Assembly: GCA_030324005.1 (NCBI GenBank)
Contig: JARDVH010000132.1
Location: 90,855,561 to 90,919,560 of the forward strand
Length of the DNA: 64,000 nt
Direction: 5' to 3'
Source of the DNA: Negaprion brevirostris
Lineage: Eukaryota
Translations under genes and position numbers: made by a program
Shown here: positions 50,740 to 62,547 of the stretch, piece by piece
Numbering within the stretch: the stretch's first letter is position 1
How the letters are laid out: each line of letters opens with the position of its first letter
The notes under the pieces: generated by a model
Seen by the model: the letters and a program-made list of their open reading frames with translations, nothing else
What the model was told of the DNA's origin: nothing
Databases searched by the model: none

Positions 50740-51030
50740 TAACTGCTCTTCTCCAATTCTGGCTTTACACACTGATTTTCATCACTCTACCATTGGCGAC
50801 TGTGTCCCTCAGTCCTAAACTCTGGAATTCCCTCCTTAAATGTTGTTGCGTTACTGATCCATTTTCTCCTTGAAGACACTCCTCAAAACTAGGAGTGTTT
50901 TTGAAGTGAAGACACTCCTTTCGCCAGTCCAATGTTGCTTGGTGTCAAATTTTGTCTTGAGAATGCTCTTTTGAAGCCCCATGGGACATTTTAAGTTAAA
51001 GATACAATATAAATGTGAGTTGTTGTTGTG
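50740..51030 (+). mobile_element. L2 3' end
   Basis: ctccaattctggc...cctaaactctggaattccctcc...gttaaagatacaatataaatgtgagttgttgttg. Confidence 0.85.
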
Positions 51031-52504
51031 ATTCATAAATATTCTTCCGTGGCTATAGTAATACTCATCATGTGTGAATTGTGGTTCTCGTAACACTATT
51101 TTTAAATCACTATTAATCAAAGGCTTAACGTCTTCCTAGATTCTTGTAAATTGCTTTTTTTAATTCACTGAAGCTTTACAGAATGGTTACACAGGAGAAT
51201 TTAACCCATAAAGAGAGGCTGGTTTGGTTTTTGTGGGATATAAAGATTCATGCTTTGCAAACCTAAACTTGAACATATCCACTTCCAGTTGTAATGGAAG
51301 TGTAACAGGATGTGGGCAACCATATATTTTTATGTATATTTTAAAATCTGTACCTCAGATTTTATCTCCCAATTTAATTCAGGCCTCTCAGATTTCTCAG
51401 GCTCAAGGAAGGTGAGAAATGCTGCCTGTAGGATTTGAATTTTCACCAGCACTATTATTGGGCTAGGAGAAGGAGCACCCAGCTTCCCAAGTTATCCTGC
51501 ACCCCTACCCCTACAATCTCNNNNNNNNNNNNNNNNNNNNNNNNNNNNNNNNNNNNNNNNNNNNNNNNNNNNNNNNNNNNNNNNNNNNNNNNNNNNNNNN
51601 NNNNNNNNNNNNNNNNNNNNTCCCCCCCCACCTCAAGTTTAAAGCCCTAGTCAAAGGCACCACCTCCTCCATACAACCCGGAAAACTCCTGCATTTACTG
51701 AGTTCCCCACCCCCGAGATTACCTCTGACTCTACTGGTCACGTAATACAGCCGAGGCTCCTGCCCCACGATCTCTACTGAACAATCCAAACTTGCCTGTT
51801 CCTGGCCTGCATCACATTCACACCCGACAGAGCGCTACATCAGTCAATGAGGCAGAAATCAGGGTCTTTATACAATGAAGGATGTATAAAGGGATCACCA
51901 CGATTCCACTTTGGACCCAATAAATGTTGGAGTCAATAATGTGGCCTGCAGGCTAGAAACAGGCCAGTTATCCCTGCTAGCCTATTTGGTATTCCAAATG
52001 AGTCTTCTCCCACCCATCCACATCTAACTTCTATCAGCATCTGCAGCCATCACCATATCCTTGAATTCTGTTCTCCTCGAAGCTTACCCAGCTTTGCCTT
52101 GAATCTATCTCTGTGCAAACATTCCAACTGTTGTGCTAAAATATATGCATCGGTATTTGCTGACAAATGTGGTGCAGATTCCATCCCCTCTCTGTGCCTC
52201 TCCTGTGAGATTCCATGGGGGGCAGCAAAGAATATTGCAAAGTTGAACAGGATTGGAGATGGAGAAGAGAACTAGGTTGATCTTCTCTAAAAGGGATACA
52301 GTGGACTAGATTTTCACAGAACCAGTGGAAACTATGGTCAGTGCTGAGTTCAAATGGGCCCCATTTTCATTATAATAAGGTACTTAACCTATCAGTGTGG
52401 GAATCATGAATTTTGAAAATGGACATGTTCATTAAAGGAAAATAGGTGAATCTGTGAAGTTACTTTCTTTAAAAATGAAAAAAACAACCTGCCTAAGTTA
52501 GTGG

Positions 52505-52820
52505 TTTTATTTATTGTTGTCACGTGTATTAATATGCAACGAAAAGTATTGTTTCTTGCTCACTATACAGATAAAGCATATCATTCATAAAGAAGGAAAG
52601 GAGAGGGTGAAATATATTGTGTTAGTCATAGCTAGGCTGTAGAGAAAGATCAATTTGATATAAGGTAGGTCTATTTAAAAGCCTGATGGCAGTAGGAAAG
52701 ACGCTGTTCTTGGCATGTGACCTCAGACTTTTGTATCTTTTTGCTGGCAGAAGGTGTAAGAGAGTATATCCAGGGTGCATTGGGTCCTTGATTATGCTGG
52801 TTGCTTTTCCAAGGCAGCGG
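52505..52820 (-). mobile_element. Rex1/Babar LINE 3' end (a shorter tail copy lies at about 32210-32305)
   Basis: Minus strand KNSVFPTAIRLLN; tail cacgtgacaacaataaataaaa. Confidence 0.85.
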
Positions 52821-53234
52821 ATTCGTTCACAACCCTTTGTCGTTCACAACCCTTTGAGTGGTAGAATAAATCTCAAGTTGTAAAGTTATTTAAATCCCCA
52901 GCCCTTTTAAAAATAAAAATAACAGCTTATGTCAGTAAGAAGTACAACACACCAGCAGTGAAATTATTTAAATTCCCAGCCCTTCAAAATTTAAAAAGCA
53001 GGTTGCATGTGTCCATGAGGGTTGAAAAAACTCCTAGTAGGTTACAATAGCTGTGCATTGACATTATTGTATGATAGTTATCTCAGTGAGGGATTTTAAA
53101 TTCACACTTTTATTGACAGCTTATTGACGGGATTAGCTGTCTTTGATGTGGGGTTATGAATGTAAGCCTTTATTTTCAGAAGGGATTTAGTAATTGAGGT
53201 GATAAGGATTGCTTTTACTGGAAAGATAGAGCCA

Positions 53235-53612
53235 GGGAGGGAGAGGGGAGAAGACTTGATAGAGGTCTACAAAATTATGAGAGGCATAGATAGGGTGGCT
53301 AGCCAGAGGCTTATACTGAGGCTGGAAGTGTCATTTACCAGGGGTGCAGGGTCAAGGTGGGGAAAAGTTTAAGGGAGATGGGAGAAGTTTTTCACATAGT
53401 GTGGTGGGTGCTTGGAATGCACTTCCAGAGGAGGTGATGGAAGCAGGCACATTAGCAACATCTAAGAGGCTTCTTGATGGGTACATGAATAAGGAGAATA
53501 GAAAGATACGGTCCGAGCAAGGGTAGAAGGTTTTATTTTAGTTTAGTTAAGGCATCATGATCGGCATGGGTTTGGAGGGCCAAAGGGTCTGTTCCTGTAC
53601 TGTACTTTTGTT
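53235..53612 (+). mobile_element. CR1 LINE 3' end
   Basis: DLIEVYKIMRGIDRV...VVGAWNALPEEVMEAGTLAT; tail ggagggccaaagggtctgttcctgtactgtac. Confidence 0.92.
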
Positions 53613-53624
53613 GTTTGGTTATGA

Positions 53625-55020
53625 TTTTCTAAGTGCATGTTAAGACTTCCTTAATAATAGATCCCAGCAATTTCACTTCTCAAGCTAATTGGCCTGAAAT
53701 TCTGTTTTCTCTCTCTCCCTCCTTTCTCAAAAGCAGTGTTACATTTGCTAATTTTTAATTCACAGTGACTGTTCTAAATGTGGGAAATTTTGGAAAATCA
53801 TTACCAGTACATCCACTGTGTATGCAGATGCCTGTTTAGAACTCTAGGATTTAGGTCATCAGGTTTTTTAATGAAATATAATTTTGTTGAAAGATTTGAA
53901 TCCTTACTTTAAACGTTTCCCAATCTTCTGTTTACCACTATACCCTTTAGCCTATTTCCCAATCAACTGTAACCAGTTTTCCCTCATACTAGAGCATTTT
54001 TTTTAATGATTCAAGAGGTGTGGGCTTTGCTGGCTAGGCCGGAATTTATTATCCATACCCAATTGCCCTCGAAGGTGTTGGCATATTACTGAACGAACCA
54101 GTTCCACACATCTCTAATTTTCTGATTTTATACTGTGCCCAACATTACCATTACAGTTTGTAGCCTATAAACAATTCCCATCAATGTTTGCTGTTTCTTA
54201 GCTCCACCCAAACCGATTCTACATCGTGATCCTTTGATCTAAGCTCCACTATTACCAATGTACTGATCTTGATACTTATTAAGAGTACTGCCCCACCTCC
54301 TTTTCCTTTTGCCTTTTGCTCCTAAATGCCGAATATCCTTGGACATTTAGTTTCCAATCTTGCTTACTTGTGTAGTCTTCTCTGTAATGGCAATTAAATC
54401 ATACTGATCCAAATCATCAACTTTTTTGCAAATGCTGCATGCAATCAGATAGACTACCTTTAATTCTGCTTTTTTAACTTTATTCTCTTTTCTGATCCTA
54501 TGTAATACTTGCCTATGCTTGTTTGCCTTTTGTTTTTGCTTTCTACTTTCTACTTGCTTTTACCAGTTTTGCTGCCCTCAAATCTGAGCTCTCTCTCAGG
54601 TTCCTATCCCCTGCCAATCTAGTTTAAACCCTCCCCAAAAACACTAGTGAATCTTGCTGTAAGGATGTTAGCCCTGGTCCTACTAAGATGTAGCCTGCCC
54701 ATCTTGTAACGATCCCATCTGCCTGCAAACTGGTCCCAATGGCTCAGAAATCTGATGCTCTTCCTCCTGTATAAGTCCTCCGGCCAAGTGCTCAATCATT
54801 CAGTTTTCCCATTTTACTGGTACTGGAAGTAATCTTGAGATTGCTTCTTTAGAGGTATTTGCTTTTCAACCTTCTTCGTAGCTCTCTGAAATCTGTGTTC
54901 AGAAGCTTGCCCCCCTTCCTACCTAAGTCATTGATAACAAAGTAAACTTCTGGCTGTTCACCCTCCCCCATTAGAATGTTCTGCAGCTGCTCTGTGACAT
55001 CCTTGACCCTGGCATCACAA
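53625..55020 (-). mobile_element. Decayed CR1 with ORF1 (SGNH esterase-like), endonuclease and RT remnants
   Basis: Minus strand RVKDVTEQLQNILMGEGEQPEV; FLSHWDQFAGRWDRYKMGRLHLSRTRANILTARFTSVFGEGLN*; KGKGGGAVLL endonuclease motif near 54290. Confidence 0.8.
53998..54085 (-). mobile_element. Family B 3' tail insertion
   Basis: Minus strand cttcgagggcaattgggtatggataataaattccggcctagccagcaaagcccacacc. Confidence 0.7.
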
Positions 55021-55989
55021 ATTCACCTTGTACTGATAAATCTGATTTAATACTTAACACATTTTATGAGTTACAATAAACCTTACTTAAAGCATCTCAT
55101 TTCCCTGTGCACAGAATTCCCACGTGAACCTAATTCGCTACTCACCTANNNNNNNNNNNNNNNNNNNNNNNNNNNNNNNNNNNNNNNNNNNNNNNNNNNN
55201 NNNNNNNNNNNNNNNNNNNNNNNNNNNNNNNNNNNNNNNNNNNNNNNNATCTCATTTCCCTGTGCACAGAAGTCCCACGTGAACCTAATTCGCTACTCAC
55301 CTAGTCTCCATCTCACTCAGATGTCGCCTCTTGTCTCCTCAGGCACCGTTACTACTGTCTTATTCAGAACACTTCAACATTTAGATAAAGAGCATTGATT
55401 AACTTCCACTCTTTGCATGGACCTCATTCACTAAGCACTATTACTGTTAAACTCTGTCTCTTCCTGTCCCACACTGCTTGTCTTTACCCAATTCAAGATG
55501 CTGCTCTATTGCCTCACCTTTTCTGTACAAATTTCTATTTTTCCCTTCATCTGACCCCTTCCACAGCCCTGATTATACAATCTACCAGAATACTGATCCA
55601 AATCTGGTTTAAGTAGAACGTGTCCTAACAGAGCAGCTTCCTTTCTCCCCCAGTACTGGTGCCGATGTTTATGAATTGAAACCCCTTTTTTTAACGCATC
55701 TCTTTGACCCACAAGTTTTAACCTTCTGATATGTTTGACCCTATGAAAATTTGTGCATGGTCAGGTAGCAATCCAGAGATTATTGCCTTGAAATTCTGTG
55801 CTTTAATTTAGAACCTCAAACTCCCTTTGCAAAAGCTCATTTAGAGTTCTATCTATGTTGTTACTTCCTACTTAGAACAAACAACTGGATTTTGCCCTTT
55901 CCATTTCAAATTACTCTTCAGCTGTGAGAAATTAGACGATGTCTCAAACCCTGGCAACACAAAACTTCACAACTTTGCTACAGTCCTCT

Positions 55990-56500
55990 TCAATGAGACC
56001 ACATCTAGTGCACTATATGCAGTTTTTGTCTTCATATTTGAGGAAGAGGATGTATTCACATTGGAAGCAGTGAGAGTTTGAGGCTGGTTCCTGGGGTGAG
56101 AGGATTGTCCTATGAAGAGAGGTTAAATAAATTGGGCCTTTGTTCTCTGGTGCTTAAAAGAATGAGAGGTGATCTCATTTAAACAGAATTCAGAAAGGCT
56201 TAATTGGGTAGATACTGAGGGTTCNNNNNNNNNNACAATCTCAGGCTAAGGGCTAAACATTTAGGATCAAGATGGGGAGAAGGTGCTCAACTCAAAAGGC
56301 TGTGAATCTTTGGCATTCACAACCTCAGAGGATACCACACCATTGAATAAATTAAAATAAGGTTGAACAGATTCCCTTAGGGAATTAGAGATAATAGGAG
56401 CAGACAGGCAAGTAGAGTTGAAGCCTAAGATCCAACAATGATTGTACTGAATGGCGGATCAGGCTTGAGGGACCATATGGTCTTCCGTTCCTTATGTCCT
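55990..56500 (+). mobile_element. CR1 3' end
   Basis: ttgtcctatgaagagaggtt...agaatgagaggtgatctcatt; tail tgaatggcggatcaggcttgagggacc. Confidence 0.85.
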
Positions 56501-57053
56501 CATGCATCCAACAGTTTTCCAGGGTCAGTCTTTCTCGTGTGGAAGTATAAATACATAATTATTACACATTGAAGAAGCATTTCCTGATGATCTGAAATTT
56601 ATCTTTTACTTACTGGAGCTTGTGCTCCCACCTGTGTTATTCCCATAATTTGATTGAAAGTAATCTTCTGGGTGAGCATTTTCTACACTTCATAAGAATG
56701 TTATATTCACCTTTCGATCACCTCTCTGATGCCTCTATTGGAGGTTGAATGGCTCAAATTACTACAATCCTGCCGTGTAATTCAGACCTTCACTTGAAGA
56801 AATAACTTTGTTGCTATTTGCAGCACTGACTTCAATACTTTTGTTTCTTGCTGACAAGAATGAGACACAGCATTTAAACTGCAATCTGAGCAGAGCACAA
56901 TATAATTTAACCATCAGTTCTTCTGATTTACATTTTATTGCTTTGGCTATAGATTGTTCTTCATGGGTTAGAAATATTTATAGTTGAGCTCACAAAGGCT
57001 CCTAATCTCTTTCACATTTATCTTTAACTATTCCTACACCATTCATGAAAGAA

Positions 57054-57748
57054 TGCATGATTCGCAAAAACTCAGTTTGCAGGTGCAGCAGGTGATCAAG
57101 AAGGCAAATGGAATGTTGGCCTTTATCGCGAGGGGGATGGNNNNNNNNNNNNNNNNNNNNNNNNNNNNNNNNNNNNNNNNNNNNNNNNNNNNNNNNNNNN
57201 NNNNNNNNNNNNNNNNNNNNNNNNNNNNNNNNNNNNNNNNNNNNNNNNNNNNNNNNNNNNNNNNNNNNNNNNNNNNNNNNNNNNNNNNNNNNNNNNNNNN
57301 NNNNNNNNNNNNNNNNNNNNNNNNNNNNNNNNNNNNNNNNNNNNNNNNNNNNNNNNNNNNNNNNNNNNNNNNNNNNNNNNNNNNNNNNNNNNNNNNNNNN
57401 NNNNNNNNNNNNNNNNNNNNNNNNNNNNNNNNNNNNNNNNNNNNNNNNNNNNNNNNNNNNNNNNNNNNNNNNNNNNNNNNNNNNNNNNNNNNNNNNNNNN
57501 NNNNNNNNNNNNNNNNNNNNNNNNNNNNNNNNNNNNNNNNNNNNNNNNNNNNNNNNNNNNNNNNNNNNNNNNNNNNNNNNNNNNNNNNNNNNNNNNNNNN
57601 NNNNNNNNNNNNNNNNNNNNNNNNNNNNNNNNNNNNNNNNNNNNNNNNNNNNNNNNNNNNNNNNNNNNNNNNNNNNNNNNNTCTTATTGAATGGCGGGGC
57701 AGGCTCGAAGGGCTAGATGGCCTACTCCTCTTATTTTTTATGTTCTTA
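57054..57748 (+). mobile_element. Young CR1 3' portion spanning a 540-N gap
   Basis: HDSQKLSLQVQQVIKKANGMLAFIARG; tail nearly identical to 9350-9427. Confidence 0.93.
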
Positions 57749-57879
57749 ATTGGGTAGTTCTTAAATAATGTGGTGTTTTCCATTGTGTAGCATTTTATAT
57801 TTCAGCATTAAATTTTGATATACTGAGCACTTAAAATATTTTGTCCCATTCTATAATTTCTGATCTCTCTTTTGCAATT

Positions 57880-58300
57880 GCACTTTCTGACCTACTGTAG
57901 TATCTGCAAATGTGATCACTTTCTTGAGTTCTGAATTCAGGTCATGTATGGTGATTAGAAACAGCAGTGAGCCAAACACTGGGTCCTGAGGCAGCCCAGT
58001 CAGTCCATCATCTGGCCTTTCTTCCTCTTCCCCAGCCTCTCTTCTGACCTGGCTTCCCTCACAAGTACGAGTTTCCTACCCTTCAGCCAGTTTCTTAACT
58101 ATTCGCAGGATTTATTATGAATCCCTACAGCTTTGTATTCAATTAATAGCATCTTTATTGGCATTTTATCAAGGTATACCACGTCATAGGGATTACCAAA
58201 GTCCACTTGGGTTGAGATTTCCTGAAAGCAGTCAAGGAGGTTGGTCCGGCAGGGTTTTTTTTTTGGATCTGTGCTGACTGTTGTTAACAAATGATGTGAT
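57880..58300 (-). mobile_element. Very old CR1-type RT fragment
   Basis: Minus strand YDVVYLD; GLPQDPVFGSLLFLITIHDLN...FADT. Confidence 0.65.
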
Positions 58301-58800
58301 AAATCACAAAAGCAAAGCTGAAGCAGTTTGATTGCCAGAGTAACTGAGAGGTTGGACTGCTGCTTCAAATTCAGTGCTGAACTTGCCTTTCAGTTCTTTA
58401 AATGCCTGAATAGAATACTCACTGCGGAAATGAACACTGATGGAAAAAGAGAAGCGGCATGGAGTATGGATAACTAAAGGCATGATTAAAGAGGAGCGTT
58501 TGAGTTGGGTGACCAGATTTTCAATAGTCAAAACCAGGACACATTGACCTGATTACATTGAGTTGCATATTGAGGAGCTCAGAGTCCGTGTGATTGCGCC
58601 TTATTCAAGTGCAGCAATAAGCTGTTACTCCATCGATCCCCTTACTGAGTATTTTCACCTGGAGCTGTGCCACATGCCCCAATGTCAGCGAGTTCATGGT
58701 TGCTAAGAGACAACCACATCTGGATAGATCTCATGAGCACTCCTGGAACACAAGCCTAGCTGGAGCTGTCAATCATCCCAACATGTCCCCCCCAGTCCTG

Positions 58801-59083
58801 TTTAAAGTTTATTTATTAGTGTCACAAGTAAGCTTATTATTAGCATTGCAATGAAGTTACTGTGAAAATCCTTTAGTCGCCACACTCCACCGCCTGTTCA
58901 GATACACTGAGGGAGACTTTAGCATAGCCAGTGTAACTAACCGGCTCATTTTTTAGACTGTCGGAGGAAACCCATGCAGACACAGTGAGAACTTGCAGAC
59001 TCCGCACAGATAGTGACCCATGCCGGGAATCGAACCTGGGTTCCTGGGGCTGTGAGGCAACAGTGTAAACCATCGTGTCACCC
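58801..59083 (-). mobile_element. V-SINE variant with a non-CR1 (Rex1/Babar-like) tail
   Basis: Same head and V-core as 1984-2302 (ctgttgcctcacagccccaggaacccaggttcgattccc...gcggagtctgcaagttctc), but the tail is gattttcacagtaacttcattgca...cttgtgacactaataaataaac. Confidence 0.88.
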
Positions 59084-59380
59084 CACACTGTGGCTTCTCG
59101 GTTTAGATTCTGCTTGCATTAGTATTTTGCCACTGCCTTGTTCCCATTGACATAGTTTAAAGATTGTCCCTAAATGGAAATACAAAAGACCAGAACATTT
59201 GAAAGAATTTGAGGAAATTGTTAGGGCACTAGGATATTTATGAAAATCTGGGACTGCCATGGCAAAACTAGGATATCTGGTTGAGGAGATTTTAAAAAGG
59301 AAGAGAATTGGCATGATAGAGAGCTTTGGAGAGAATTCCAATGGGCAGGGACATAGGCAGAAGATGATCACAAAAGCAAA

Positions 59381-60074
59381 GGCCCAGATTTTCACCCTCA
59401 AGACAGGCATGCAGAGACAAGAGATCTCTCAACTTTGTGAACCCAATCTTTAAAATGCCAATCTGCAGATCAGAGTGGGCTGAAATAGGAATCGGGTGGC
59501 CCACCCCAGAACAAGTCCAGACATTGCCGGTGTAAAGGTGGGTTGGCAGAAGGCACTGTGATTAAATAAATAAAAAAAAGCTCCTTTCACTCCTGTCACC
59601 CCATACACATGCCCTATGCCCCATTTATGACAACCCATGTCCCCCACCAATTCCACATGATCCCTCATATCCCCATGAGAACATATGCCCCCCAGCCTCA
59701 GCATTGTCCTTCAACCCTGTGCTAACTTATGCACACCACTTTTTGCTCTTGTACCCTCCATGTTTGCTCACCTAGTATCCTTGGAGACCCCCTTGACAAA
59801 TTTTGACAGCTCTCTGACAACATGTTCACTTTTATCAAAATCCCATTTCGGTGGAGGTAGCTGGTGATTTAAATGGTCAACCAGCTCTTTGAATAGCACA
59901 GGTATGAATCCTGGCCCAACTCCAGTGTCACCCCTACAATGGGCAGTGTCAAAGAACAACACAGCACGGGAAACAGGCCCTTCGGCCCAACGAGGCTGCA
60001 CCACCATTTTAACATTATGAGTGCCCTCCTCTACCTCAGACCTTTGTCCCACCATGGTGGGGAAAATCTGAGCC
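59381..60074. mobile_element. Harbinger-type MITE with 13-bp TIR and AAA flanks, containing a 53-bp CR1 tail (59951-60003, minus)
   Basis: aaa[GGCCCAGATTTTC...GAAAATCTGAGCC]aaa, 12/13 inverted match. Confidence 0.75.
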
Positions 60075-60884
60075 AAAATCTTGGTGTAATTTCAAAACAA
60101 GAATGGGAATTTTGTACTTGATGGGCCAATATAGAGGCAGTGTATAACAGTGACACTTAAGACTACAGTTCTAATGTCAGTGTGGATATAGTATAGATGT
60201 GGACAAGGTCTGCAACATTGGAATAATGTTATGCTGATGGAGATTTGATGTTGCGAGGCAAGATTGAACACATTAAAATGTAGATTTGATAAAGTAGCTC
60301 AATTCTGAACTCAGAATTGAGCTACAGGAAATGCGAGCATATTTGGAAATGTTTTGGGAACAACTTTGGTGACAATGCAGGTATGGGGAGAGAAAGCTGA
60401 GCAGTGAGTCAGGTAGGACATCAAGATTATACAAATCCTGATTCAGTTTGAGACTGCTGCAAAGGAGGTTGATGGAAGTGAACTGATGCAATCAGTTGAT
60501 CCCATGCCTCCAGCAATATTCTGAAAAGGTAATAGATACTGAATCGGAAGTGATAATAGATGGACCTTGGTCAATACTCCATGGAACTAAGTGTGCACAC
60601 AAGAAAAGAAAAATGTTTGGCAGTTACTTAGTGCGTATATTAGTCGGTTGAGAAAGTAACCCGAAGTTGGACTGCAGAGAAGGTATATTGGAGGAGGAGG
60701 CAATTACTAACTGATAAATCAGCAGGAGGTTAAGGATTGCAACGCACAACATATGAGATGATTGTGACGAAAGTAGTATTGTGAGTCAGATGGAAGTTCC
60801 AGGTTGGAAAGATTCAAATGAAAAGTGATGTGAGAAGCTGGGAGTGAGTTGCAAAGTATCATTACTTTGCAATATTTTAGAAGG

Positions 60885-61530
60885 ACCACATATCCAAGCC
60901 AGCAATAAAACCATCAATTTCCAGCTCTGTGGTCTCTGCCCTGCCTGAGCTCATCTGCTGCTGAAGACCTTGCTCGTGCCTTTGTGACCTCTAGACTTGA
61001 CTATTTGACTACACTCCTCGCTGACCTTTCACGTTCAGCTTTTTATAAACTTGATGTAATCCAAAATTCTACAAACTTGTCTGAACTCATACCAAGTCTC
61101 ATTCACCCATCGCTCCTTTACTCGTTGGCTTTCTTTGACTTTTGGTTAAGCAACATCCCGATTTTAAATTTCTTTTCCTTGTTTTAAATTCCTCCAGGGC
61201 TTCTCAACTCCCTATCTCTGTAACCTCTCCCAGCCCCACATTACTCTGAAATATCTGTGTGAATCTATTTCTAGCTTTTTGCACATCCCCAATTTTAATT
61301 GTTCAGCTTCCAAGGCCCTAAATTCTAGAATTTGCCCCTAAACCATTTCAACTCTCCATCTCTCTTATGATGCTTATTAAGTCTTAGCTCTTTGACCAAA
61401 TATTTGGTCATCTACTCTATTATCTACTTCTGTGGCTTTGTGTTAAATGGGGGTTGCTTTAAATACTCTTACGAACCATCTGAGGAAGTTTAACTATGTT
61501 AAAGGTACTGTAAAAATGCAAACTGTTACC
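60885..61530 (+). mobile_element. L2 3' portion
   Basis: AEDLARAFVTSRLDYLTTLLADL...KLDVIQNS (L2 LIHAFVTSRLDYSNALL); tail tatgttaaaggtactgtaaaaatgcaaactgtt. Confidence 0.88.
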
Positions 61531-61848
61531 TAAGAGTCAGAAATAGGAGTAAGTGAAGAAATTAATTATTTTTATTGAAGATGGAAGTGATGATGGCAAT
61601 TTTGAACGACGTGGAGTCAGTCCTAGAAGATTGTAGTGGCAACCATAGATACAGGTTATGAAGTTTTGTATTACACCTGTTTTGAGGGATGTTCAGTGGT
61701 ATAGTTTGAGACTTCATGTATAGTATGGGGTGAGCTAAGGGAGAGAATGTATGAGGAATGGCAAGGATATGATTAGCAGGTGGTAGAATAGGGAAGTGTG
61801 CCAGCCAGAGATTACACAGATGGTCTCCATTTTGGATCCCAAAAGAAA

Positions 61849-61964
61849 GGCTGGAAATTTACCGTTCTGCCCGCCACGGGAATCGGAGCGGGTGAGGGGT
61901 GAGACATGGAAATGTCTGTTGACCTCAGACAGGATTTTCTGGTTTTGGGACTCGAGCCTGTAAA
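61849..61964. mobile_element. Short Harbinger-type MITE, opposite orientation to 7358-7482, ends at a gap
   Basis: ggctggaaatttac start; reverse complement accagaaaatcctgtctgaggtcaacagacatttcc matches the family interior. Confidence 0.7.
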
Positions 61965-62046
61965 NNNNNNNNNNTTAGAAATGAAAATTATAGTCTATGT
62001 AAACAGGTTGCAATAATGATTTTTAAAAATCAGAAACCGGGGTTAT

Positions 62047-62547
62047 GGTTGGAATTCTACCGACAACAGTGACCCCATCCATCGTCAAGGACAACCCAAA
62101 CTTGGCCTGTTCTGGGAGTTTCCAACTGATTTTATATGCATCAGGTAATTTACTGTCTGGTGTCCTGGCTCCCATCCATTTCGGGGAAGATGAAGTGCTT
62201 CTGAGATGCCTGGCATTCAGAAGACTGGCAGCTCTTCAGTTCCAGCAGCAGCACCAGCAGTGGCCGCCATTGCTGGGATTGCAACCAGACTGGAGCAGGT
62301 CCAGGAATGGAGGTGAGTGGAATTGGCCGTGCCGGAGCCTGTCAGACAGGCCATGGGAGTGCAGATGGTGCATGTGATTGACTAGGGCAGAGGAGAGTGT
62401 TTGTTTCTCCAGGGGAAGCCCTTGCCATTGCTAGTGGCGTCACCTTACAGAATGTCCAAAAAGGAACCCCCCTCCCTGTTTTACCTGTTTAATCTTTGAT
62501 TCCAGACTAACTGTACCAGATTTCTTTGCAGCTTGCTGAAATTCGCC
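62047..62547. mobile_element. Probable Harbinger-type MITE
   Basis: GC-richer island with imperfect ends ggttggaattct / gaaattcgccc. Confidence 0.45.

Noticed and set aside
56984-57783. Longest ORFs (202-257 aa)
   Set aside because: They are mostly X residues from a 540-N gap inside a CR1 copy.
62240-62262. CAG-rich polyQ coding tract
   Set aside because: It is short, imperfect and inside a probable MITE, with no exon context.
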